Positions 42,705-53,104 of a stretch of 64,000 bases of DNA are shown piece after piece; within the stretch, counting starts at the first letter, position 1; every line of letters starts with the position of its first letter. The position numbers and the translations under genes were made by a program. The notes below the pieces were generated by a model. The model worked only from the letters and a program-made list of their open reading frames with translations. It had not been told where the DNA came from and ran no database searches. The DNA is from an uncultured delta proteobacterium (GTDB lineage: Bacteria > Desulfobacterota > Syntrophia > Syntrophales > UBA2185): assembly GCA_963695875.1 (NCBI GenBank), contig CAVOID010000003.1, positions 384,001 to 448,000 of the forward strand, written 5' to 3'.

Positions 42705-43451
42705 ATGAAAGTTATTTATCACAAGGATTTCAACCAGTCGTACTGTTCCGATCCCGCTGCTGCGCCTGGACGGATAGAAGCCGTTTACAAAGCCATCCGT
42801 GACAAGGTGACCTTTATAGATGCGATACCTGCAAAGAAAGAAGATATAGCTGCCGTCCATACGCCGTATCACATAGAGAGGGTCAATAGCGATGGTATTT
42901 ACCAGATTGCCGCGCTGGCCGCCGGGGGTGCTGTGCAGGCTGCCGAGATTGGTTTGAAGGAGCCTTGTTTTGCCCTTATACGGCCGCCCGGACACCATGC
43001 ATCAGCCGGAAGCGCATGGGGTTTCTGCTATTTTAATAATATGGCCATAGCACTTGAAAAGTTAAAACGGGGAAACCGGATTAAAAAGGCTTTTGTTCTG
43101 GATTTCGATCTGCACTTCGGGGATGGGACGGTTAATCTTCTTGAAGGCAGCGGTTACGTGTCCATATATAATCCTTCAGCATCTTACCCTGAAGAATATT
43201 TGAAAAGTATAGAGAGCCGTCTCTTTTCAGAAAAGGTTGATATTATAGGTGTCTCTGCCGGCTTTGATAACCATGCGGAAGATTGGGGAGGGCTTCTCTC
43301 CACCGCGGATTACAAAGAGATGGGAAGAATGGTCAGGGAAGCCAGTAATAAGAACGGGGGAGGGTGTTTTGCCATCCTGGAAGGTGGTTATAATCACAGT
43401 GTACTGGGACAGAACGTGATGGCCTTCATTGAAGGGATGGAGAAATCTTAA
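42705..43451 (+). CDS. Zn-dependent histone deacetylase family protein
   Basis: RPPGHHA, GFCYFNN, DFDLHFGDGT, SAGFD, LEGGY. Confidence 0.93.
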   Translation: MKVIYHKDFNQSYCSDPAAAPGRIEAVYKAIRDKVTFIDAIPAKKEDIAAVHTPYHIERVNSDGIYQIAALAAGGAVQAAEIGLKEPCFALIRPPGHHASAGSAWGFCYFNNMAIALEKLKRGNRIKKAFVLDFDLHFGDGTVNLLEGSGYVSIYNPSASYPEEYLKSIESRLFSEKVDIIGVSAGFDNHAEDWGGLLSTADYKEMGRMVREASNKNGGGCFAILEGGYNHSVLGQNVMAFIEGMEKS

Positions 43452-43485
43452 AAGTAAAAGCAAATCTGCATTGCAGAACAGTTTC

Positions 43486-44864
43486 CTACTTGCCGATGCA
43501 GAAGGTTGAGAATATCCTGTCCAGTACTTCTTCAGTAACTGTTTTTCCCGCGATTTCACCGAGACTCGCAAGAGCCTCCCGTACATCGAAGGCGGAAAAT
43601 TCGGGTGAAAGACCGTTGATCATGCTTTCCCTCGCCTTTGAAAGCAGGTCTGCTGTTTTTTCGATGGCTATTTTATGGCGGATGTTGGAGACGATATGTG
43701 TCGGGTGCCAATCGTCCGTTTGGTTTAAAACAAGCGCGTGGATAGCATCTCTCAATTCAGGTATGCCCTCACCGTATTTTGCGGAGATCCATATTGGGGG
43801 GTTCACATCAGGTGCAAGTGAGGTCAATTCCCGCTCGTCAAGCGTGTGAGGGAGATCGGCCTTATTGATAACAAGGAGGAATTTATTTGCTTGACTCCTC
43901 GTGATGATTTCCTTATCTTCTTTTGTCAGTGCTTCACTGCCGTCGAGTACAATTATAACCACATCCGCCTGTGAAAGTTTTTCCCATACCAAATGTAATG
44001 CCTTCTTTTTCGATGATATTTTCCGGCTCTCTTATTCCGGCTGTATCGGTGAGTTTTACGGGCACTCCCCTGATGCTGATAATTTCCTCGATAAAATCCC
44101 TCGTCGTTCCAGGTATGGCGGTTACAATGGCTCGTTTTTCACCAAGAAGCCTGTTTAACAGACTTGACTTACCCACATTTGGCCTTCCTGCTATTACGGT
44201 GCTAATGCCATCCCTGTATATTTTCCCTTCCCGGTATGTCGAGGCAAGTTCATACAGCTCGTCGACAATTGTCCCGGTAACGTCGGCAATTTCGGAGGGA
44301 CTGGCCGGGCTCTACGTCTTCATCGGAAAAATCAATGGATGTCTCAAGGAGGGCAAGTATATCAATGATCGATGCGCGGATCGTCTCAATTTTCTCGGTT
44401 AAGTTACCTTTGAGGTGGGAAACAGCCAGTTCGAGCCCCCGGTCTGTTTTCGCCATGATCATGTCAGCGACCGCCTCTGCCTGAGAAAGGTCGATTCGGT
44501 TGTTAAGAAAGGCACGTCTGGTGAATTCTCCGGGTTCCGCAAGACGGGCGCCTGCTTTAATGACTTCGGCAAGCACGGACTGCAGAATGACAGAACCGCC
44601 ATGGCAGTTAATCTCAAGTACGTCTTCACCCGTATAGGTGTGAGGTTTCTCCATGAGAGAGATGAGAACTTCATCAATGATTGTACCTGTTTCAGGCGAA
44701 ATGATGTCTCCATGATAGAGCTGATGGCTTTTGAAGCCGTCAGCCTTTTTTGATGATCTAAAGAGGAGGCGGGCGATATCCCTGGCCTTCGGGCCGCTAA
44801 TCCGTATTATGCCGATTCCTCCCACGCCGGGAGGTGTGGCTATGGCCGCTATAGTGTCTTCCAA
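43486..44864 (-). CDS. mnmE: tRNA modification GTPase MnmE (two or more indels)
   Basis: [52 protein letters not shown]. Confidence 0.96.
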
Positions 44865-44868
44865 ACTT

Positions 44869-45067
44869 GATGGCCTCGTTACAAAGTCAGAAATTGGGTG
44901 GAAAAAGACGGCGAAGTGAAACGCGTAAGTTTCAGTGGGTGTCCTTCGACAGGCTCAGGGTAAACTCATCTTGCAAATAAGGTATTCAGAGATGTACACT
45001 ACACGGACTGCCTGGACATACCATCGCAGGTGTAAATTCCGGCTAGGGGACTTTTGATAACGCTGTC
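44869..45067. mobile_element. Putative non-autonomous miniature element filling the jag-mnmE gap
   Basis: Imperfect terminal inverted repeats GATGGCCTCGTTACAAAGTC / GACTTTTGATAACGCTGTC; ends resemble 21165-21210; internal CTTCGACAGGCTCAGG REP-like motif. Confidence 0.55.
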
Positions 45068-45806
45068 AAACCCGTCCCTTTTTGACCGGCATGATAACAA
45101 TTTTTCTGAATTCACCTTCGCCCCGGCTTTTTGTGGTCAGCGATTCGTCGTTTTGCAGGGCCAGATGGATGATGCGGCGGTCATGAGCGTTCATGTGTCC
45201 GACAGTTAATGCTTTCTTTGATTTTTTCACTTTTTCTGCCAGATTTGCTGCCAGCGCGATGAGCGATTCTTCCCTTCTTCTTCTATACCCTTCCGTATCT
45301 ACAACGATCATTTTCCGGTTATCTGCATACTTACTTACGGCCTTGTTCACAATGTACTGAATAGCATCTAAGTTCTGTCCCCTCTTTCCGATAAGTAAAC
45401 CACTGCCGTCTCCCTTGATATTGAGGATGATCGTATCAGGCGTTTCTTCAATGGTCACGGGACAATCGAGGCTCATCCTGCCCAGGATACCCTCCAGTAT
45501 TCTTTTCGCCCTCGTGGCTGGGGTCTCAGCTGATTCTTCCGTTACTACAGATTGATTGAAATCTGAACTGACGGGTGGCTTTTTTGGAGCATCTTTTCGA
45601 GATTGCTCGTGTGGTGTATCTATCGTCATATCGATGGACATTATGCTTGCCCTAATTTTTGCTTTTTTTGACCCAAGGCCGAGGAATCCCGATGCGCCGT
45701 CCGAAATGATTTCTATATTAAGCTTTTCCCTTGGAACGTCAAATTCGCTGCAGGCCTTCTCTATGGCCTCATCTATTGTTTTTCCTTCAATTTCCAAAGA
45801 CTCCAT
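45066..45806 (-). CDS. jag: RNA-binding protein Jag/KhpB/EloR
   Basis: EGKTIDEAI (Jag_N), LIGKRGQNLDAIQY (KH), DRRIIHLAL (R3H). Confidence 0.95.
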   Translation of the reverse strand: MESLEIEGKTIDEAIEKACSEFDVPREKLNIEIISDGASGFLGLGSKKAKIRASIMSIDMTIDTPHEQSRKDAPKKPPVSSDFNQSVVTEESAETPATRAKRILEGILGRMSLDCPVTIEETPDTIILNIKGDGSGLLIGKRGQNLDAIQYIVNKAVSKYADNRKMIVVDTEGYRRRREESLIALAANLAEKVKKSKKALTVGHMNAHDRRIIHLALQNDESLTTKSRGEGEFRKIVIMPVKKGRV

Positions 45807-45827
45807 AGCTCTTACCTCAACTTATTG

Positions 45828-47438
45828 TCATCGCTTGTTAATGTAGTACTGCTGCCCGATGCTCAGGATATTTTGAAAGAGCCAGTAAATAACAAGACCT
45901 GACGGAAAATTTATAAAAAGAAACGTAAAAACAACAGGCATGAGCATCATTAACTTTGCCTGCATGGGATCACCCATAGGGGGACTCATCTTTTGCTGTA
46001 TGACCATGGTTGCCCCCATGATAATTGGCGTAATGTAGTAAGGGTCTTTTGCTGACAGATCCTGTATCCACCAGTAAAATGGGGCATGGCGAAGTTCAAT
46101 AGAATACATAAGAGCCTTGTATAGACCAAAGAAGACGGGAATCTGAATAACCATTGGCAGACATCCACCCAGGGGGTTTACCTTATGCGTTTTGTACAGT
46201 GCCATTGTTTCCTGGCTCAGCTTGGTCTTGTCGTTTTTGTACTTCTCCCGAAGCTCGGCTATCTTCGGCTGAAGCTTCTGCATCTCCTTCATGGATTTGT
46301 AGCTCTTATTTCCCAGGGGCCAGAAGATAATCTTTATCAGGATGGTGAGGATGATAATGGCAATGCCGTAGTTGGAGACGTAGTTATTGAGGAATTTAAT
46401 GGAGATCAAAAGGGGCATGGCCAGCCACTTCATCCATGAACCGAAATCAATGGCGTTCTCAAGACCGACTCCCTGGGCCTTGAGAAGGTCATATTCTTTC
46501 GGTCCAAGGTACAATGAATAGCTGAATGACCCGACCTGACCGGGGGGAATAATGTTTTGCGGGCCCTTGAGATCAACGAAAACCATGTTTCGAGCGTCAA
46601 CGGACAGGGAAAGGCTTGTCAGCGTCGGGTTCTGCGGTATCATGGAGGCGATAAAATATTTGCTTTCGAACCCGGCCCAGGCTACATCGGGACCGAGCAA
46701 TTTTACGGAATCAAGTTTCTTGACCTCGTAGCGGTCGACTTCATTTGCAATGAAAGAAACGGGTCCTTCATGGCCGTAACTGTCTGTTTCAGCCTTCGGA
46801 TCAACGTACTGATCCCAGGAGAGAAGTGCATTCTGATTCAGGGTTACCTTTGATAGGTTGTGCACCTTCACTTCCAAATCAAAGGCATACTTTCCCGGAT
46901 AGAAGGTAAAGATTTTTTCTACTTTTATCTCGTTAGGATATGTCTGTGTGAAGATAAGTCTGCGGCTGTCCGGGCCTTGTGTCAAATCAAGCAGGCTGCT
47001 ATCTGCCGTGAATATGCTGTCAGGACGGATATCAATATTTGATTCGGGGAAGGTGCTGGTGAGAGGTCTTTGCATACCGTCCATAACATGGACGAGTTCT
47101 ATAGGTTCAGCGTTTGATGTCGAGAGCAGAACGGTAATATTTCAGTTTGTAAGATTTCAGGGTGCCGCCTTTTGTACTGAAGATTGCAGTATAAAGGGGT
47201 GTTTCTACGGGAATGTCCTTCTCAGGTCGCCGCAACCTTTTGAGACAGGACGGTCCTGGATAGAGCCGGCTTTACCTGTTGCTGGGCTACTTCTTTTCCG
47301 GCCGGTTTTACTTCGGTCGCCGTCTCTTGTTGTACAGACTCTGGCTGTTTGGGGGGTGGTTTTTTTGCAAAAAATAGCCTGCCAGGTGAAAATAACGATC
47401 AGTGACAGGACTATGGCAAGGACGGTCTTCTTGTCCAT
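45828..47438 (-). CDS. yidC: Membrane protein insertase YidC (indels in the 5' part)
   Basis: MDKKTVLAIVLS start; NYGIAIIILT, NPLGGCLP, DLSAKDPYY, PSGLVIYW. Confidence 0.96.
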
Positions 47439-47468
47439 TCAATACCTCCGCGCTTTTGCGCTTTAATT

Positions 47469-47693
47469 TTATTTAACTGGATCGTAACCGCCGGGATAAA
47501 AAGGGTGGCACCGAAACAGCCGCATCAGGCCGTAATACGAACCTCTAATCGGTCCGTATCGCCGGATTGCATTTATCGCATATTCGGAGCAAGATGGGAA
47601 AAAGCGGCAACATGGAGTAAAAAGAGGGGATATACATATCTGGTAGACACGAACAAAAATAACAAGAATTTTCCCCAGAATTTGCATAAACAT
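47469..47693 (-). CDS. yidD: Membrane protein insertion efficiency factor YidD
   Basis: YQICISP, CRFFPSCSEY, RCHPFYPGGYDPV. Confidence 0.95.
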   Translation of the reverse strand: MFMQILGKILVIFVRVYQICISPLFTPCCRFFPSCSEYAINAIRRYGPIRGSYYGLMRLFRCHPFYPGGYDPVK

Positions 47694-47696
47694 AAA

Positions 47697-48044
47697 TCAG
47701 GCATCTGGATTTTTGATTAAATGACTTTCCAACTCACTGCAAATATCTTGATATTTCAGTAACGATGCATCTTTTTTTGCAATGATCACGATGTCTTGTG
47801 GAGTTGAAAGCCTTGATCTGTTTAATCTAAAATACTCTCTAATGAGACGTTTGATTCTGTTTCTTTGAACAGCGTTCCCCACCTTTTTACTGACCGTTAT
47901 TCCCAGTCTGCTGATCCCCGTTTGATTCTTGCATGCGATAATGGTGAAATGTTCAGAATAACTTCGCACCCCCTGCTGATAGACGGTCAAATAATCTCTT
48001 CTTTTACGAATTCTTACATGCTTGCCAAAGGATTGTTTTTCCAT
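47697..48044 (-). CDS. rnpA: Ribonuclease P protein component
   Basis: RLGITVSKKVGNAVQRNRIKR (RNR motif). Confidence 0.96.
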   Translation of the reverse strand: MEKQSFGKHVRIRKRRDYLTVYQQGVRSYSEHFTIIACKNQTGISRLGITVSKKVGNAVQRNRIKRLIREYFRLNRSRLSTPQDIVIIAKKDASLLKYQDICSELESHLIKNPDA

Positions 48045-48060
48045 GGACCGCTTTTTCAGG

Positions 48061-48198
48061 TTAAACGGCCAACCTCTTTCTGCCCTTAGCACGTCTGCGA
48101 CTCAGGACCAGTCTACCCCCCCTGGTGGACATTCTCACAAGAAATCCGTGGGTTCGTTTCCTCTTCGTGTTGCTGAAATTTGTCAGGTTCTTTTTCAT
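48061..48198 (-). CDS. rpmH: 50S ribosomal protein L34 (below the ORF-track size cutoff)
   Basis: Hand translation [45 protein letters not shown]; first residues probably altered by compensating errors. Confidence 0.93.
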   Translation of the reverse strand: MKKNLTNFSNTKRKRTHGFLVRMSTRGGRLVLSRRRAKGRKRLAV

Positions 48199-48429
48199 TA
48201 ACTGTACCCCGTGAAAATAATAAGGTATTCCATTAACCATAACCGAATTTGTTTGTCAAGATTAAATTGGCAAAGTTGACGTGGCAAGGTAAGTATTGAT
48301 ATGGTTCTGATAAAGAGACTTATTTCAAGCTGAAATAAATAAAAGCCGCGGCTCATGAGGGTTTTGCCTAGGATGTTGCTTTAGAGCCTTGCAGGATCGA
48401 ATCCCGCAACATCACTGTTCTGAAAGTTA

Positions 48430-48945
48430 CGGGCAGCCTTCCACAAGAAGAAGAGGGGCGAGGATTTCTATTAATAACGGGCATTGCATAAAGTCCGACG
48501 TGGGAAACGAGCAAGGATGAGCCCCGGGAGAGTTCATGCAAGAGAAATTAACGGGTATGTGAATAAAGCTGTTGATAACTATGTTGATGATTATTGAAAA
48601 CCTTCAATTATTGGTGATTTTAAGCTCTTTGCATAAATTCTAGGCAGGAAAATTAATCAATTATTCCAGTAATATGTAAAATTCGTGACTGACACTAGTG
48701 TCTTGATATGGATTTTTTGAAAGTTATAAACTCCTATGCGAAAGATGTACCATTTATTATTTCCGTTACAAGTATATTTTCTGAAAATAAGAAAATTTTG
48801 TAAATGCAATTTGACAGTTATTTTTTGCAAACCCTGACAGGTCAAACTAAAAATAGGCTTCTTACTGTAACAAAGCATGCAGCAATTTTTGGAGGGCAGA
48901 CTTCCATTCAAAACGCTAATCCTTATTGACTGTTATCCACAAATT
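48430..48945. other. Putative replication origin (DnaA-box cluster plus AT-rich tract)
   Basis: TTATCCACA 48933-48941; TGTGAATAA 48558-48566; one-mismatch boxes TGTTGATAA 48570-48578 and TTTGCATAA 48628-48636; AT-rich 48640-48830; adjacent to rpmH. Confidence 0.6.
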
Positions 48946-49161
48946 TTCGATTTCGATTAACATGCAGGACTCTTAATGGTAATAATTAGAGGTAGCGCCT
49001 GGAATACATCTAGCATCACAGGTGTACCTGCATTGAGAAATAAAAAAATCGCAGAATTCTAACTTAGAATGTGGTACATGTTCCAGGGTGAGGTCCGTAA
49101 GCGCAACCGGACTGGGTCCTGCGATCGTCAGACATATTATAAACGCAAACGGAGGGCGTAT

Positions 49162-49716
49162 ATGGATAAAAAACAAAGCAGGCGATGGGATCGTCTTTAC
49201 TTTTTCTTTGCCTGCATCATAATAACACCAATTCCAATATGTGGGTGCGGTCACTTTTATGAGGGATTTCTGGCCAGGCCGGCCTTCACAGAAGCGAATG
49301 ATTTTTTGAGTCAGGGCAACTACAAGGCCTCTCTGAGCAAATATGAGCAGATTATTGTACGATACCCCACGGCGGGCGACAGGGTTCTTTTCGAGATGGG
49401 TGTTATTTATGCGTATCCCAGGAATCAGCAGAAAGATTATCAGAAATCTCTGGAATGTTTCCAGAAACTGATAAAGGATTACCCGAGGAGCGAGTACAGG
49501 CAGGACAGCGAAGTGATGATATCTCTTATCAAAGAGGTCACCAGGAAGATATCTCTTACCAATGAGGTCACCAGCAAGGATAGGAGGATTATTACACAGC
49601 AAAAACAGATTGAGTCGCTCGAACGGCAGGTGGGGGAACTCGAAAAGAAAATAGAACAGATGAAAGAAGTTGATATGAATTTGAAAGAAAAGAAGAAATC
49701 AGTTCCTGAGAGATAA
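49162..49716 (+). CDS. TPR-containing putative lipoprotein with a C-terminal coiled coil (QseG/YfhG-like)
   Basis: SD GGAGG; ICGC lipobox-like; TPR-like helices (LIKDYPRSEY); EKKIEQMKEVD; 30-bp tandem duplication at 49518-49577. Confidence 0.7.
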   Translation: MDKKQSRRWDRLYFFFACIIITPIPICGCGHFYEGFLARPAFTEANDFLSQGNYKASLSKYEQIIVRYPTAGDRVLFEMGVIYAYPRNQQKDYQKSLECFQKLIKDYPRSEYRQDSEVMISLIKEVTRKISLTNEVTSKDRRIITQQKQIESLERQVGELEKKIEQMKEVDMNLKEKKKSVPER

Positions 49717-50228
49717 TGAGGTCAGTGATGGAAAAGCTTTTAATCGTCGATGACGATTTGAGTATTTTAAGAGTGCTTAAGATGAGATTAGAATCCGAGG
49801 GCTATCAGGTTGAAGCTGCTTCGGAAATTGAAGCAGCAAAGGATCTGGCCGTAAGAAATGAGTATGGGCTCGCTATTTTTGATCTGAAGCTTCCCGGTGG
49901 AAATGGTATAGATCTGATGAAGAGTATCCATGAAACGGATCCTGATCTTCCTGTTATTATCCTGACGGCATACGGGACCATTGAAAGTGAGGTCGAAGCA
50001 ATGAAAGAGGGCGCTTATATATATTTGAAGAAGCCCTTTAATTATCGTGAGCTTCTTTTTCAGATCAGGAATGGCATTGAGAAGGCAAACCTTAAAGGGA
50101 GGTCAAGAAACTAAAGAGTATTTCAAGGCAAAATATTACTCAGGATATCATTGGGCGGAGTAAAGTGATGAAGAGGGTCCTTGATTTGACGCTCCTTGCA
50201 GCGGAGACAGTGGAACACGGAAAGTGAG
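49716..50228 (+). pseudogene. Truncated sigma54-type (GlrR/NtrC-like) response regulator: receiver domain plus the first residues of the AAA+ domain
   Basis: LIVDDD, FDLKLPGGNG, LTAYGT, YLKKPF; then DIIGRSKVMKRVLDLTLLAAET in another frame, followed by a stop. Confidence 0.65.
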
Positions 50229-50465
50229 CGTGATAATGTTCAGGTGCGAAGAATTGAAGTTCATTTTGCGTGGTAATCATCACTGTTTGCATCGATGTGC
50301 GATACAGAGTGATAGGTGAAAACAATTAAAAAAAGCTCCGTATCTATCGTATACCTAATAAGACGGAAAAAGGGTTAACGCCCCGTTGATCTTAAGTTCT
50401 GTCTATCTAATTCTATAGGTCTATAGGCGTCATTTAAAATAACCTGTGCCTCCAAGAGGGATAGA

Positions 50466-51804
50466 ATGGTCCAAAAAACAAAGATTAGACGCAGAATCAT
50501 TTCTTCAATATCTAATCGTGGTCTTCTGGCCATCCTCGTCTCGGTTTTATTCGTCGCACTCATATCGATTATAATCGCCTATCATTTCAAGGCTCCTGAC
50601 AATTTAATTATGACCACCGGATTTGAAAGTGGGTCTTATGCAATTTTTGGTGAGCGCTACCGGCAGATCCTGGCGCGTGAGAATATTCATCTTAAGTTGC
50701 TTCCCTCCTCAGGTTCTGTAGAAAATCTCAAGCGTCTTAACGATAAATCCTACCAGGTCGATGCCGGTTTTGTCCAAGATGGAACGAGTTCGCCCTCAGA
50801 GGCGAATAATCTCGTTTCCCTCGGAGCCATAGGCTACTGCACCTCTTTGGGTTTTTTATCGAAGCCAAGAGACGTTTAACTACCTATCCGAACTCAAAGG
50901 GAAGAGAATTGCGATCGGACCGGAGGGGAGCGGCGTGCGCAAATTTGCCATCGATTTGCTTAAACTAAATAATAGTGCAGCTCCACCAACCGTGCTGCTC
51001 GACCTTTCCAGTGCTGCTGCCAATAAAGCTTTATTGGAAGGGACGGTAGATGCGGTAATGATAATCGGTGCAGAGGATAATGCCCTCGTTAAGGAACTTT
51101 TGTATGCCCCCAAGGTGAAGTTGCTGAGTTTCAGGCAAGCTGAGGCTTATACCCGGCTTATCCCTGCTTTATCGCATGTTGTGTTACCCCAAGGCATACT
51201 GGATGTTTCAAAGAAAATGCCCTCCCAAGATGTTCATCTTTTGGCAGTGACAACAAGTCTCATTGTACGTAAAGACCTGCACCCTGCTTTAGTATATTTG
51301 CTTCTGGACGCTGCCGTTGAGATTCACAGCAACGCAGGCTGGGTGAATAAGAAGGGGGAATTCCCCTCGCCAAAGGAGCTGAGCTTCCCTTCCTCCAATT
51401 ATGCGGAGAGATTTTATAAATCGGGACGGCCTTTTTTGCTTGACTATCTTCCATTTGGAATAGCTGCGTTTGTTGACCGCACGATTTTAATTATGGTCCC
51501 GGTAGCCATAATCCTGATCCCTTTAATCCGAAGCATACCCTGGCTGTACTCTTGGCGGCACCGTCGGAAATTCTATCACTGGTACAGAGAACTTAAGAAT
51601 CTGGAATTAGAAGTGATGGAAAGTCCCGAACCAGAAAATATATCGGGTTATCATGAAAAGATTGACCGGATCGAGGCATCGATCAATAGAATCCCCGTGC
51701 CTTTGGCTTTTTTTGACGAGGTCTATAAGCTTCAAGAGCATGTTGATTTGGTTCGGGGGAAACTTATTAGATTAAGCAATCAGTCTAAGGAGGTCAATCC
51801 GTAG
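50466..51804 (+). CDS. TAXI-family TRAP-like solute-binding protein with C-terminal membrane extension (frameshift near 50840)
   Basis: MTTGFESGSY, SSGSVENL, AGFVQDG, RIAIGPEGSG, DYLPF, WLYSW. Confidence 0.8.
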
Positions 51805-52074
51805 AATTAATTGTGTGAGGTAAAGGGGAACGTTCATGCAAGGTCTTCCCTGCTTGCGAATGGCTCGCTGCCATGTGTTCACATATACCGGACAGGGGTG
51901 AGCAGATGATGTGCAACCATGGATTCTGGAATACTATCAGAGCATACAGTTCAAATGGTAATCCTGACATCATCTGAAAATTGATAGTTGTGTAGTTGTA
52001 AGTGAAGTTGAGAGTCCAAAAGGTAATAATTTGATACTGTCCGTTATATTAAGTTCTGGCCTGGAACACATCCC

Positions 52075-52162
52075 GCAAGCCCCGCCTTGTAGGTGGGGAT
52101 AATGGGTGCAATATAAGCATATCTTTCTTTCCGGGACCACGCCTTGCGGGCGGGTTGCTTCA
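52075..52162 (-). repeat. Dispersed ~90-bp twin-palindrome element (copy 2)
   Basis: Reverse complement matches 35051-35140 along its length. Confidence 0.8.
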
Positions 52163-52377
52163 CTTTGGTGCTTAATGCCATTTCCAAAGGCTAGATCACA
52201 GCATCTCCCTCTCCATCCTATCCTTTTCTCTGTTTCACAAATTCAACGATGCGTTTACGATGGTATGATAGATAGCGATGGTGATAAGCACTTACGTATG
52301 ATCGAAAATTGCTTTCACTTATGGAATTGGAGATAGATCTGATATGGTGAATCTGCGAAAGTAAGATGTATTGAGCC

Positions 52378-52905
52378 ATGAAGAAAAACATCCTGATTAC
52401 CGGCGTTCCGGGAATAGGCAAGACAACCCTTACAATGAAGATTCTGGATGCGGTGAAACACACTGGTCCGGTTGGTTTTTATACAGAAGAGATCAGGGAA
52501 CAAGGCATCAGGACGGGATTTTCTTTGATCGGCACACGCGGCGATCGAAGTATATTAGCCCATGTAAATATTAAGAACAGATTCAACGTCGGCAGATACG
52601 GTGTTGACGTGGCGGGGTTTGAAGCCTTTATTGAAGAGCTTCCTTTCTTTGACGACAATGCCGGCACGATAGTGATTGATGAGATCGGAAAGATGGAATG
52701 TATGTCGACAAAATTCAGGAATCTCATAAGAACTATATTGGAGTCAGAGAAATTGCTTATAGCAACAGTAGCCCTCAAAGGTGAAGGGCTGATCGCAGAG
52801 GTTAAAAAGCGATCGGATATTGAACTGTTTGAAATAACCAGGGGCAACAGAAACGATTTGCTCCAGAGAATTCTGAATCATGCATTATCAAAACCCTCCC
52901 GGTAA
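52378..52905 (+). CDS. Nucleoside-triphosphatase, THEP1/NTPase_1 family
   Basis: ITGVPGIGKTT Walker A, GFYTEEIR, VGRYGV, IDEIGKME. Confidence 0.92.
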   Translation: MKKNILITGVPGIGKTTLTMKILDAVKHTGPVGFYTEEIREQGIRTGFSLIGTRGDRSILAHVNIKNRFNVGRYGVDVAGFEAFIEELPFFDDNAGTIVIDEIGKMECMSTKFRNLIRTILESEKLLIATVALKGEGLIAEVKKRSDIELFEITRGNRNDLLQRILNHALSKPSR

Positions 52906-53104
52906 TCATCGGTTGATAAGTGAATAACCATCGGGGTAAAATGGATTGTGCAGGTGACTGATACTTTCCCTTCTCGTTGTCAAGCATTTTCAAACAAAGG
53001 TGAGGTGTGGAAGATTTGTCTATTGCAGGAATATAAGTAATAGCCGTATTATTTATTTGCAGCACAAACTTATTTAAGCTTTAATATCAAGCCGAAGGCT
53101 TTAT

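Noticed and set aside
1..51804. Frameshifts in trmD, rnhB, yraN, ugd, pgsA, thrS, pheT, plsB, priA, rfaE2, mnmE, yidC and the TAXI gene as pseudogenes or programmed frameshifts
   Set aside because: They hit essential genes indiscriminately, often at short homopolymers, with conserved sequence on both sides; best explained as long-read indel errors
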